Source of the DNA: Octopus sinensis
Lineage: Eukaryota
Reading direction: 5' to 3'
Length of the DNA: 64,000 bases
Assembly (NCBI RefSeq): GCF_006345805.1
Contig: NC_042998.1
Span: 90,396,001-90,460,000 of the forward strand
In this document: positions 35,725 through 49,065 of the stretch, one piece after another
How positions within the stretch are numbered: position 1 is the first letter of the stretch
How the letters are laid out: every line of letters begins with the position of its first letter
Notes under the pieces: generated by a model
Seen by the model: the letters and a program-made list of their open reading frames with translations, nothing else
Told to the model about the DNA's origin: nothing
Databases searched by the model: none
Translations under genes and position numbers: made by a program

Positions 35725-37319
35725 TTTAATGTTATGACCACTTTAATACCCTAAACACTTCTCCAGCCCTGCAAATCTTATATGACACCTTACATTCATA
35801 AAATAGCTGGAAGACAACTGACAAAGTGAAAACACAATTAAATATCCTAAACAGCAGTCTAATTGTTGATCAAAAAAATCTATCAGGGATTTCCAAACAA
35901 TATATGTGTTCCATCAGTTTTAATACTGAGAACAAAATTTCTCTTTTTTACACTGTAACAAATTCCATACATAACAAATCAATGTCTCTACACCATAACA
36001 ATTTACACACACCCACTGATTACCTACCCAGGGAAACTTAATTACAATATTCAAAATACAATTGAAAGATTAGCTTGAGACATGTTTACAGTTTATTTCA
36101 TGTGCAAACTCATTCTGCAGCCTGCTGCAAGTACAAATACTTTCAAATGCATACATGCACTAAGAACATTCTATCATTCTGCAATCACCATCCAAAAATC
36201 ACAATCTTCTTCTGTCTGATTTAGATAAACATAAACCACAGACATATGCATACTCACACTAACTTGTCTCCAGTATCATTGCCAAAACTGTGTTAGGTTG
36301 CCATGCACCTGTAATAAATTCTTAGAGACCTCAGTTCTCTCCCACTGACCAAATCTAGCTTGCCTCTCTCTGTTGCAGTCATCATAAAAAATTTTGAATG
36401 TGTAGACTGAATAGTAAACTGAATGTGAGAGGTCTTGACAGTCATACTGCATCTAAAAATACTTTTTACATGATGGAGTCGTCTGACCAGACTCAAGTAT
36501 TGTATATCTAGTGTTACATTGGTGAGCTGGTGATCTTACTTAGTCAATAAACTGTCTGTAGTATCAGTGTATTTGAAAAGAACTGACTGGAAATAGTAGC
36601 AACAACTATAACCAGAAATGTCAGTATCTATGAAGTTTTATAAGAATCACTTACAATGGATCGTAGTGTTTTCAAACAGACATAGTTTAAATTCTAGAAT
36701 TTAATAAAATAAATTAGGTCAGCTGATGTATGCAATAAATGTGGTAACTGTAGTAGAGACTGAAGATAATTCATTTCAATTAAATTTATATTTGTTGAAG
36801 TCAAACTGATCTGATCAATAAGCTGAATAGGTATACACACATTTTTTTATATTCTTAAGGGTTTGATTTTATAAAGGTCACACAGCAACAAGACAGTAGT
36901 TGTTAATCCATATTCAACAAATCTTCAAAATTATCCAAACTATATTAACTTGTAAAAAAAAAAAAAAATTAGAAACTTTTTTAAGTTGGATATGAACATT
37001 TTTATTTTAGTTTCTTATAAAATTTGTGTAAAATTCCTGAGAGTTAATAGACATATCTTATGAGCATATTACGAGACTGGCAGAATTGTATAAATGCCAA
37101 ATCAGAACTGTATAAAGAAAATTTCTGAAATTTTCTTGGGAATTCTTCAAATACAAATTTTCAGTTTACTTTACAAACTAATAGCACCTCAAAAATATGT
37201 TCTGCTATGATTACAAAGCTATTGGCTTCTTGCGTGACTTTCAAACTGAATAATGCAGTTATGCTTTAATGGGTTTCCATAATTATTCTTAAAGTAGAAA
37301 ACAAAGTATTTTTTATCAT

Positions 37320-37530
37320 TATGGATATTGTTGTTCTTTTTCCGCCGTCTGAATTTCTGCTAAGAGAATGTAAGACTAGTTCTGCCCTGATCAAAATGGA
37401 TGTCAGGTTATCCTTATCTCATAGGCCGGAATACAAGTTATCACTGAAATATAAGTCTCGCGTGATCAAACGGTAACAATCGAGGTTGGTGTGGTATTAG
37501 GTAAAAATCGTCAGCTAAAATGGCGGAAAG
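37320..37530 (+). promoter_or_regulatory. CASC3: Probable CASC3 promoter / 5' UTR
   Basis: Local CpG enrichment against a CpG-poor background. TCTCGCGTGA at 37456-37465 is one mismatch from the TCTCGCGAGA motif. YY1-like AAAATGGCGG overlaps the ATG. Confidence 0.55.
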
Positions 37531-37624
37531 ACGTCGACGTAGGAGACTATCTGAGGAGGAGAGTGGTGAAGAAGTATCAGAGGATTCTAAAGAAGTTAAG
37601 ACGCGTGATTGTCCTTCCGAATGC
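37520..37624 (+). CDS. CASC3: CASC3/MLN51/Barentsz coding exon 1 (phase 0 end)
   Basis: MAERRRRRRLSEEESG...CPSEC resembles the vertebrate N-terminus MADRRRQR...ESEC. Donor GTATGT at 37625. Confidence 0.85.
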
Positions 37625-40600
37625 GTATGTAAATTATTTTCACCTCTTTTTATTGATATTAAAATGTGTAATATCGATGTTAATACACCAAAACCTTGTA
37701 GCCTGTTGCTCGAGAGATCGGTTGCGTTAAAATACTGATTAGCTACTGTTAGTTCTGCTTATTTTCATGGATCGTAACAACCTACAGAAGGACTTTTACT
37801 TTCTTACTAAAACCAAGACGACATCGAGAAATCAATTAAGATCTAATTAACAGCAACTGTGCCACCTCTGTGTTGTTTATTTCTCCGGTTTTTCCCTCAG
37901 TTTATGTGTATATGGTACATGTATGTTTCTACTACTAAAAACTATCCCGGTTAATAAAGCAAAGCTTGTTCTCGCCAAATGTTGGGGTAAGGAAGAAATT
38001 GTTGCCTGCTTGTGTACTAACTACTTACTGGAATTTCATTTATACGAAATATGGTGGTAATGATTGTGTATTAGGAGTAAAACATTACAGTGATTTTTTC
38101 CTGTTATTTCAATACGATGAAAGCGAGCGTAAATTATAGTATTCTACAGACAACACGGGACGTATTCAAGTAGGTTTCTCGGACAAACTCTTTCTTCCAA
38201 CACCATAGAAGCACCAGTATAAATAAATGCGTTTCTCTGGCGTTTTTGTTTTGACTGTTCTTTTTATGTTATCTCCTCATTGTTCAAAATAGAAAAAAAT
38301 GAAAATAAATAGCTCTTTTATGAACACTTGCAAGAATGGAGTCATCGGTGTCAATAACCCATTGGCACTAGTAATTTCTTGTGAGCATTTAAAAGCTTTT
38401 AGTTTATAAAGTCGAACTTTTATTTTGATATGATTGAGCTTTTCATATTCGTTTTTAAATTAAAACAAGGATCAGATACTAAACTACAAAAACAGTTATT
38501 ACAATTTAAGCTAGACATTTTTCTCAAATTCTTTCAGGCTGACTAACAACTTGCAGGTTTCAGTTGTATCTCAGACAATTCTCAAATAGTGTTCCACAAT
38601 GAGGAACAAATATTTAGTTATATAGAATAAAGAATATATTCATTTTGTGATTTGTTTAATCTACATTCTAAAAACCACGTGCATATAAAATATAAACTTC
38701 TTCAATTCAGTTCATTTAACCTAATTTAAATATTCGTCGATCGATAATGACAAAGTTTATATTTATATTCACTCATTTTCGTTTCTTTTGATGTTGAAAC
38801 TATGAAGTACTGTGTCTGATAGAAACTGTCCCACCAACCATCTCTTGTAAAACATGAAGAACTCCATCCCTACAGATGCTTAACATTTTATCTATCCATA
38901 TATTTATTGTGAAGTTATTTTGTTCATTTTCCAGTTAGTAGTGCTTGTTGTTTGAAGAAATCTTAGTATTTTAGGTTAAGAGCTCTTTATTTTAATTACG
39001 TGATGTTTTCCTTATGTAATTACCGCGATATAGTTATATAGTATGACTTTAAAATAGACTAATATTTTCGTGCAAATTTACTCTGTGATATTTGTAAGTC
39101 TACATATTTGATCTCCTCTATATTATTTCTTTTATATGTCGATATTTATCGTGTTCGAATCATTTCTAGTTTTAATATTGAGTGTTGTGTTGACGTTTTA
39201 TTTCAATTTGTATTTTCAAATTTCTTATTTTAAAGTATTTAGAAATATACGAGCTCGGATTTTATGAGTAACAAATCTAAATCAACTTAGAATTTTTTCC
39301 CCCTCCAATATACTCCACATTACTATTAATTTCTTGTTATTTTTCAATTTGAACTGTTTAAAGTCTTGGACTTCTCAATTTTCTATTAATTTTGCCTGGA
39401 GTAATTTATATTGATTTAGTTAACAGGAGTCCGGAAACCTTTTGAATTAGCGATCAATAGGTAGCCTAATTCTTTGATCCCCAATTATAACGGAATGCTC
39501 ACTCAATCTAGGAGAGTCACCTTGGTATCAGAAAGGCACGAATAAAGAACTGCTTGAACATTGTAACTCTGAATATATATAGAGACGGATTTTTCTCAAA
39601 CTTCTATAGGAAACCTTATTTTCGAACCAACAAGGGAACGTCTTCGGAGTCACTGCACTGGTTAGAAATAGCAGTTATATCTCTCTTCACTCTTAATCTA
39701 CAAATGTTGGATAAAGGGTTCTTGCATATTTGAAAAGACTGAGTATTCATAGCTGGAATAAGTTTTTGAACATAGTTCTGCTCGGTCAGAGCTGACCTGG
39801 GACTTAACATTAACCTCTTATTTTGGGTTACCACTTTGTATAATTATAATTGTATAATCATATTTTCATATACAAAAACGGTTTGTTTTTTCTTTATATC
39901 ATAGAATTTGTGTAAGAACATTTTCTCAACCTTTTCAATACCAGTGATGACTAGTTTACGAACCATATTACATTTACTTCTTTTAAAAATTACATAAGCA
40001 TTTTCCGATGTTCAGAAAACGAAACAGAGTGCAATACTAATACTTTCATTTTGTTTAGTATTCTTATTTGTGAAAAAGAGTTAGTCATTGATCAGTTATT
40101 TGTATTTTTAAAATCATTCTTTTCTTACAAAATACTAGTGTGTGTTTGTGTAGGCTATTTAAACTTTTAAGAGCTATTCACGTTTACTGCTTTTTAGTTT
40201 ATTTATTTATTTTCAAATGAATCATATTTTCTAAGATTCTAGCTTCAAAATTTGAAAAGGTTTGTTTCTGTTATATATATAATCATTATCGTTTTAACGT
40301 TAACTTTTACACATCAACAAGTTTTCTTACAGATGGCTCTCTTAACCAGTTAAAGTTAATTTTCGTCCTTTTTTCAATAATTATTAGCTCTGTTTGTAAT
40401 CAGACAAATTTAATTTGGGATAAACCGAGGAACACGAGGCAAATTAGTGTAACTCTCTATTTCAAGAAAAGATGTAGAGAATCCATTTTAATCACAGGAG
40501 CAAATAGCTTCTAGCTTATCTGATAGTTGATGAATGAACTATTTTATGCTTTTTATATTTTTTTTTACATGCTCCCAAAAACAATTTGCTTTTTAACGGA

Positions 40601-43189
40601 AAATGATGTTTCAAGATCTAGAATTTTTGTTTTATCACTATAGGTTAAATTCTACATAATTGAAAGGAATGGTTCTTATAAAGGATTCACTGGAATTTTA
40701 TTATATCCAAGAGTGTAAGGTATTGCGTATAGTCTAGTCAGCACAAATATTTACAGGTAATGTAGATGATGAGGAACAAAGAGTTGTACAGTATTAGTGG
40801 GATGGAGCAGAGCTAACAAGCTGAGACAACAAAGTCTGTTGTTTTAGTGGTAAAAAGGGCACTGAGTACCTTGTACAGTAATAGACCATGGTCTGAAGAC
40901 TGTCAGAAAGATGACTTTCTCCTGCATGTTCATGATGTATTTAACTCAAATTGTGTCACATAAATCTGATGAGCAATACAGTATCTACAGTTGCTCATGC
41001 TAAAGTTGTTTTTTTTTACCTCTGAAGAGTAAGTCGCAAATTCTTGTAGTTAACATAAGATTAAGAAAGTGTATCTTCCATGAGAGCTATATGTTCCTAG
41101 GAAGCTTTTATGATTAATTACCTCACTCTTAATATCTTGGTCACTACAGCTAGCAAGCTGTTGGATTTAATCCCCAACAATTGTGTTGCTTCACATTATT
41201 AATCAAGTTCATGTTACACAGGCATTAGTATCATGTTAATTTAATTCTGTACTGGATCTTATAAATCCTTCACCTTCACTGCTTAATACTTTAACAGGAT
41301 CGCATTACTTTAATTATTCAATTGCCTTTACAAAGCAGAATGCTTTCTACTAGAAAAAATATCCATTCCAAAAAGTCTTGGAATTTTTCTTCTTAATTTA
41401 CAAATTAGAAAAATTAGCATCAAATAAATACAAAAATGCATTTTCACAAGACTTGATCAAGTTTGAGACTTTGTTGCTACAAATATTGGCTTTTAAAATA
41501 TCACCATATAGTAATTACAGTATCATTGATATTTGTACTCATTAAGATTCCTATAATACCAACACATCTATTTCTTTTATGAGGGCCTTATCAGGTTTCT
41601 GTATTTAGTTTACTCCGAGTAAACAGAATGAAGATTAATTTATTTAACTGCAGACATTTCTGTGGTTATCGCATTAAGAAGTGAAGCATTTTTAATCCTT
41701 CACACTGATACAAATAGAAATTTCCTCTTCATTGATTTTAGTTGTATTATCATGAAAATAAATTAGGCAATATTTTTAAAGACAAAAATCTGTTTGCTTT
41801 TAGAATATATTTGATTATTGTAATTGTGTACATATCTACAATGTCTACAGCTTGTTTTCTTAATTTGTTTTCAAAATAGGCAGCAAAGGTATTCTGAAAT
41901 GATTAACTTTCTAACAGTTCCTTCATTTTTTAAATTTTTCCTATTTTCTTATGTATATATATATATATATTATATATATATATATATATTACCTTTATAT
42001 TTTTGAACTCTTTTAATTATCTATCCCCCATTTTCATTTGCTAAATACTATAAGTAATAATTTCATGTTTTAACAAATCAATTAGAATTACACCTTTTCT
42101 TTTGTGGTGGAAGTAGTTGGGTTATTTTTAGCTCATATTGACTAACACATTGTTCTGATCATTTTTCACTTTCTTGTTTTAACATGTTTCCAGGATACTC
42201 TATTGGGGTGAAAAGATACTGGACGAAAGATTTAATGACTTAAAGGCAACAATAGAAATAAACTGTTATGAAGTTCTCTGATCTTATTGTATGCTATTAA
42301 TTTATAATATTTAGTATCTTGTCTATCAGGAGCCTAATCTTTAAACATTGTGTAATATACTGATGTTATCCTAAATCATAATTAGGATTAAGAGTTAGAT
42401 AATCAAAACAGAATTTATTTGATTATCACAACTATCAATATTGAAAATTGAATTTTATATTACTTTCATTTCATATATAGGTTTCTGTAACAGAAGATAT
42501 GAGGCTGAAATTTCTCACAATCCTAACATACAATTTTGAGTATATTTAATTGGACAAAGATTAGCTGAACTTCATGTCTACAGAGAAATTGTAGATCAAT
42601 GGCTTGTAGTTGCCACTTACAGTTATGGTCATTAAAATATTTCAATGATTTTTCTGCTTTATAGTCTCTTGTCTCTGACCTAAATTGTACTTAAGAATTT
42701 CTACATTCAAAGGTCATGGTTTCCGTTTCATACAAAGTTTTAAACTTGTAAAAAGCTGAAAGCAATAATTAAGAGAGCAAAGCCTTTAATTGAATTTGTA
42801 ACAAACTAACAGTAGCAGTAAATTGGCTTTATTCTCTGTTTGAACAATAAATAAAATTCAGCATATTAAAGGCATTCTCACTCCCTATGCTGATAAAGTT
42901 GAAGAAATCGGTAAACTTATGTGAATTCTTAGTCACTACAATTGCATAGTCTTTAAGTAAATATGACAAAATCCCTTTCTTTATATTTTGCTTGATTTTC
43001 AGAATTTGCTCTCTTTTTATTTGACAAACTCTCAATCATTTTGTCGCCATACTCTGCTTCTGTTTCAATTAATTTTTAAAATTATGAATAATTTAGTAAA
43101 ATAAATTTGTCATTATTAAGCTGGTATTTGACTCATTTAACATGAAACTTTGATGGAAGGTCTTAATTTAAATCACTTAAACATTTCAT

Positions 43190-43375
43190 TCAGTCATATC
43201 CGATTCACATATTGTACCTGTTTTATGTTTAAACTGGCCAGATCTAGAATGTCATTCTAAAAATAAGCAATCACATCATTAAAATCTCAATGTTACAAGA
43301 TAATATATAATTAATTCAAAACACTGTGAATAAATAAGTATTACATTTGACAGTAATTTGATGCTAAAGGGTTAA
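43190..43375. mobile_element. piggyBac-like MITE (family F), partial
   Basis: 3' end GCTAAAGGG-TTAA; body matches 48850-49065. Confidence 0.65.
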
Positions 43376-43914
43376 AGACTACCACTATAGATGAAATCAG
43401 CTGTATCATACTTTGATACTCAATGGAATAAAAAAAAATAAGCTCTCCTAATAAAAACAGCATTAAAAAGTGCAATGAACAACAGAACCAATAAAATATT
43501 TGTTATAAAAATGTTAATGATCTAATATTAGATTATTGCCAGTGTAGACATTTGTGGACACTCTAAGCTACATACCTAGTGTACTTTCTAGTATTGTGAA
43601 AACCAGTACTTTCTTAACTATTATAATCAAAGGTTAATTTCTGACTCTAAGATTATGGGTTTGTTTCTTTCTTTCTTACAATGTCTCTCCAACAGTACTT
43701 CTTAACCTCCTAAAATTAGTCCATAAGATGTAATTTTCTATGGCTATTGTCCAAATTAACTTTTTTCTTTTTATTATAGTCTTAAAGTTTATTTCTAGCA
43801 CCTAATTACTTATAAAACGTTTTATTTTCAATATATATTTTAAACTACTATTGATTTTGTTAATTGCAAACTAAAATCTAAATATTTGTAGTATTTTCAC
43901 TTAAATAATGTGTA

Positions 43915-43955
<41 letters not shown>

Positions 43956-44059
43956 ATACTTCATATTTATTTTAGTACATGGTTTTCTAAATGATAATTT
44001 AACAACCAAATTTAATAATTTTGAGCTAGTTAATGCAGTCTTAAATAAAAGGATTTTTC

Positions 44060-44497
44060 CATTATTTACATTTGATGGATATTATTTCCTCATCTTGTTT
44101 GTTGTTAACACATTTCGGCTGATATGCCCTCCAGCCTTCATCAGGTGTCTTGGGGAAATTTCAAACCTGGGTTCTCATTCCTAAGATATTTTTCGATGTT
44201 ATTATAATTATTCAGGTCACTGCCTGGAATCGAACTCGGAATCTTGGGGTTAAGAGCGTGGGCTGCTAACCCCAAGATTCCGAGTTTGATTCCAGGCAGT
44301 GACCTGAATAATGATAATAATAACATTGAAAAATATCTTAGGAATGAGAACCCAGGTTCGAAATTTCCCCAAGACACCTGATGAAGACTGGAGGGTATAT
44401 CAGCTGAAATATTGTGTTAACAACAAACAAGATGAGAACAAATACCTGTCAAATGTAAATAATGTACATAATTCCTCATCTTTTAAATATAGAACTG
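44060..44497. mobile_element. Foldback element with tRNA-like core and hammerhead-like motif in each arm (CASC3 intron 1)
   Basis: Arms 44060-44252 and 44267-44464, 14-nt loop. CTGATGA at 44378-44384 (+) and its reverse complement near 44138-44144. B-box GAGTT(C/T)GATTCC. Confidence 0.8.
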
Positions 44498-44986
44498 AAA
44501 ATGATTTTATTGCTTGCAATGATAAAAATAATGAAGAATTTTCTTGGCCTGTATAATATTGTATAAATGTAGGCATGGCTGGATTGTTAAATTCTTTCGT
44601 CACTATGTGGCCTACGGTTTGAGCACATTGTGTGTTACTTTAAGGAAGTGTCTCCTACTATAGCCTTAACATGACCAAATTCTTGTCATTGAAATTTAGT
44701 ACACAAAAACTGTCTTGGAAGCTTCTCTCAGGAGCCTTTCTTGTTCTCAGGTAGCAGACTGTTAACCAGTTAAACACTTTAGCAGAATACACATTCAAGC
44801 AAGATCTCTAATCTGGGGATAACTTCCTCCCACCAGTCTCATAGGTCCTTCATTTGACTATGTGGGATGGGTGGGGGGTGGCAGGGAGAAACCATTAGTT
44901 TCACTTATTATTGTTATTTATTTCAAAATTATTATGAAAGAAATCAATGTTGAAAATCAGTAACATTTTCACTATAATTTTTCCAG

Positions 44987-45011
44987 GTCAGTGAAGATGA
45001 ACATTCAGATG
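44987..45011 (+). CDS. CASC3: CASC3 exon 2 (25-nt microexon, VSEDEHSD; phase 0 to 1)
   Basis: ttttccAG acceptor, GTAAGT donor, phase-compatible with exons 1 and 3. Resembles vertebrate ESEDG. Confidence 0.75.
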
Positions 45012-45924
45012 GTAAGTAATAAAATTTTTTTTAAAACTTAATAAATTTTTATTTACAAAAATGCTGAATATTATTAGAAAACTTGCTGGTTATCAAACAA
45101 AACAATTTGGTCGTGTAACTACTTAAATGGAGAATATCAAGCCAAAATAACATGTATTCAGTTAGCTTATTGATATATATTTTTCTCATTTGTCATTAAC
45201 TTTGTTGACATGATCAATCTTCTATGTAGGTTTTTTTACTTGGGCTTTTGTAATATAAATCAATGAGAATTCATTTTCCTTCATGGTAAGGTTAAAAGCA
45301 AGATTCCATTAACCAATTATAATTTCTTTCATCAATAAGTGGCAACTTGGTTTAATTGTTAGGATTGGATAGAATGCTTGTGGTATTTTGCCCAGCTCTT
45401 TGTACTCTAAGTCCAAATCCTACCACGGTGAACTTTGCTATTCAACCTTTCAGATTTGTTAAAAAAAAGAAAAGTACCTTTCTTAGGAACTGTAAGAACA
45501 GCACAAAGGATACCTCATAGCATTTACATTCTGAGTTCAAATCTAACTATGGCCTGCTTGTATTGTAAATTTACCCCACAGCCTCATTTAACACTATCGT
45601 CTGGCACCTTGGGTGCCTTTTGTAGAGTCCATTCTGTTGCAAATATTCAGACCAAACCTCAGTTTCTGAATGTCTTACACAAGTCTCAAGCCCTGTAAAG
45701 AGTCATGGGTAATGGCTTCCCTCTTTATTTAAAAATGATTTTTAAAATGCTTAAAATTTCAATCACTTCACTTTCTAATCTAATTTTCAATACAACCAAT
45801 TCTTGTTTTATTTTTAGCTTCTTAATTGTAAGTTGTCTGCTACAAATTCAATCATGCTTACTTTAAAGAAATATTATATTGATGGTCATATCTAAGTTAT
45901 TTTATTGTTATTTCTAACTTTCAG

Positions 45925-45974
45925 AAGTTGAAGTGTCTGATTATGAGAGTGTTGGTGATGGAAAAAAATCTACT
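45925..45974 (+). CDS. CASC3: CASC3 exon 3 (50 nt, EVEVSDYESVGDGKKST; phase 1 to 0)
   Basis: ctttcAG acceptor, GTAAGT donor, conserved SDYES motif. Confidence 0.85.
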
Positions 45975-46127
45975 GTAAGTTTATTAACTTTTTAAAAGAA
46001 TATATTATATTTCTCAGTTATCTTTTGAAAGAACTAACTTCTCTGGTTCATATACTTTCAATGAACAGTTAAGTCTGTAAATTACCCCCCCCCCCAAAAA
46101 AAAACAGTCTTAAGAAAAATATTCATT

Positions 46128-47215
46128 ATTATCGTTTTCCATGCTAGCATGGGTTAGGCAGTTCGACTGGGGTCTGGGAAGCCAGGAGGTTGCACCAGGC
46201 TCCAGTCTGATCTGGCAGTGTTTCTACAGTTGGTTGCCCTTCCTAATGCTAACTACTCCGTGAGTGTAGTGGATGCTTTTTACGTGCCACCAGAGGAGGC
46301 TGGCAACAGTGCTTTTTACGTGCCACCGGCATGGAAGCCAGTCAAGGCGGTGCTGGCATTGGCCACGTTCTGATGGTGCTTTTTATATGCCACCGGCACG
46401 GGTATCGCAACTACAATTTCCATTTGATTTTTATTTTGATGTTGATGTACTTGACTCAGTAGGTCTCTTCAAGCACAGCAGGTCGCCCTACGATCCAAGG
46501 TAAGTACAGCAGGTACTTTGGAATGGGCTGGGGCTGGTGTATGCAAAACTGGTGTAGGATACAGCCGAAACTCACTTTATTTGTCAGGTCTTCGCAGTCA
46601 CAGCATATCTCCAGAGGTCTTGATCTTTCATCATTGCTTCTGTGAGGCCCAGCGTTCAAAGGTCATGCTATGTCTTCCTGGTCAATCTCTACCCCGGATT
46701 CCTTCAACTGTTTGAGAGCGGCACTTCTTCACACATCTCTCCTCATTCAGCCATAGTACATGACCATACCAGCAGAAACGTCTCTCTTGCATGCCACATC
46801 TGATGCTTCTTATCTCCAACATTTCTCTCAGGTCGCTTACACTCTGTTGTGTGTGCACACTATCATTACACATCCAGCGGATCATGCTAGCTTAATTTCT
46901 TTCGAGCCTACGCATATCCTCCGCAGTCACAACCCATATTTCACTGCTGTGAAGCATGGCAGTTCGCACACATGCATCATACAATCTACCTTTCACTCTG
47001 AGTGAGATGCCTTTTCTCACCAATAGGGGTAGAAGCTTTCTAAACTTTGCCCAGGCTATTCTTATTCTAGTGGTAACACTCTCTGAGCATCCACTCCCGA
47101 ACAACAGTAATGATGGCATTCTGTCATTGATGAAATTCACTAATGTGATAAAATGCATTGCTGGGCCATATTTTCCCAGTTTTCTGTGGCTTGAAGCAGA
47201 CGAAATGTACATCTG
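46128..47215 (-). mobile_element. RTE 3' fragment (ORF C-terminus and UTR) in intron 3
   Basis: GSGCSESVTTRIRIAWAKFRKLLPLLVRKGISLRVKGRLYDACVRTAML is nearly identical to the 11480-11625 translation. Confidence 0.9.
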
Positions 47216-47319
47216 ATCAGTTGATATTCATATTAGTGAATAGCAATTTTATTTTGTTTCACTCCTAAAGCCATGAAATCATTGGTGCAAGTTAGATATT
47301 ATAAATGTAATTTAGAATA

Positions 47320-48166
47320 TGAGGTAGTATCAAAAAGTTCCCGGACTAGTTCTGTAGCACACCCAAACACAGTTGCGTGCTCAGTGAGAACTAACAGTGT
47401 TCCAAGTGACAACGCTGTATTTACTTCACAAGTTGTGAAATTTGCGCTTTTGCGATCATGTGTATGCTGTAGTCTGCAATTTTTTGTCATGGACAGGAAG
47501 TTGGAACAAAGAGCCAACGTGAAATTTTGTGATAAACTTGTGAAGTTTGCTACAGAGATATTGAGCATGCTTCAGCAAGCTTACAGTGGTGAGGCAGTGG
47601 GTTACACAATGTTTCGACTGGCACAGGTGTACGACAGAGCCACAGCTCAATCGAGAGCATGCTCATGGTCTTTTCTGACATCTGCGGTATTGTGCATCAA
47701 GAATTCGTCCTCCAGGGCCAGACTGTCAATCTGTTCTGCTGCAACATTTTGAAGCATTTGAAGAAGGACATTCGGCAAAAGTAACCAGATCTGATTGGAT
47801 TCTTCACAACAACAATGCACTCTGTCACCAAGTTCTCCTCACTTGTGAGTTTCTTGCCAAAAACAACATTGTATCATTTCCACATTTGCCCTATTTGCCA
47901 ACTTTAGCATCTGCAGACTTCCATGTCTTCCCCAAAATGAAAATGCAGCTGAAAGGTTGCTGCTTTAACACCGTTGTCAAGATCCAGAATGAATCGCAGA
48001 AGGTCCTCAACGCATTTATGAAAAACGACTTCCAGGCCGGATTCCAAAAGTGACAGAAATGCTGGGACCACTGTATTGCTATGCGAGGAGATAATGTTAA
48101 AACTTAGGTAAATAAGTTATTTTTTATGAAACATAAACTAGTCCGGGAACTTTTGATACCACCTCA
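47320..48166 (+). mobile_element. Internally deleted mariner, same family as 22355
   Basis: TA + TGAGGTAGTATCAAAAAGTTCCCGGACTAGTT ... AACTAGTCCGGGAACTTTTGATACCACCTCA + TA. MDRKLEQRANVKF start. Confidence 0.92.
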
Positions 48167-48319
48167 TATAATTGCTGCAACTTGATTCACTGATCCTAAA
48201 TTGTTATTATTTGATACACTTTTTATATCATGGAATTCTGACTGTGATGTATCTTTTAAGAACATTCATGTTTAAATATTAAGGATGGTTCACTTTTCGT
48301 TTTTTTATTATTCTTTTAA

Positions 48320-48800
48320 CTTTTGAGATTGATAAAATAAAGTACCAGTCAAGTACTGAGGTTAATATAATTGACTATCCCCAAATATTAGGTTTGTGCC
48401 TTAAATCATTTAAGTATTGGAAAAATACCTTGCTGTATTTGTTTACACTCTTCACATTTTGAGTTCAAATCCTGCCTGGGTTAACTTTACCTTTCATCCT
48501 TTCAGGGCTGATGAAATAAAGTAACTGTCCAGCACCTGGGTCAATTAATCGACTAGCTCTTCCCACCAAAATTACTGGTCTTGGGCTTAAATTAGAAATT
48601 ATTTGGTGGTGAATTGGCAGAACTATTAGATCTTCAGACAAATGCTTTGCAATATTTATTCTCTCTACATTGAGTTTCATTTAAACCAAGGTCAACTTTG
48701 CCTTTCACTCTTCAAGCATGAACAAAAAGTACTGAGTCAGTTTAATCAGCTAATCCTTCCCACCCTCAAATCTGTAGCTTTGTACCCCTGTTAGAAATGA
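48320..48800 (+). mobile_element. Cluster of three degenerate SINE-A copies
   Basis: Repeated gataaaataaagtaccag, gagttcaaatcc and ttcatcctttc cores. Confidence 0.7.
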
Positions 48801-48849
48801 TTATTGTTATTAGTTATTTATAGAAATACTTTTCAAATCAATAACATTT

Positions 48850-49065
48850 GTAACCTTTTAACACTTAAACCAGCCATATCTGGCCTTAAATGTTCTACCT
48901 GTTTTGTGTTCAAACTGACATGATCAGGCCTCTCACACCTACCCACAAATGTCATTCGAATCATAAGCAATTACATCATTGAAATCTCAGAGCTATGAGG
49001 TAATGTATGATTAATTTAGAGTAATATGAATAATTGACAAAGTAATCTGAATGCTAAAGGGTTAA
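48850..49065. mobile_element. piggyBac-like MITE family F
   Basis: Ends (t)aaCCTTT ... AAAGGG-TTAA; matches 58675-58897. Confidence 0.7.

Noticed and set aside
44248-44304. tRNA-Ser(GCT) gene
   Set aside because: The acceptor stem and the 5' half of the D-arm are missing. It is a tRNA-derived head inside a repeat.
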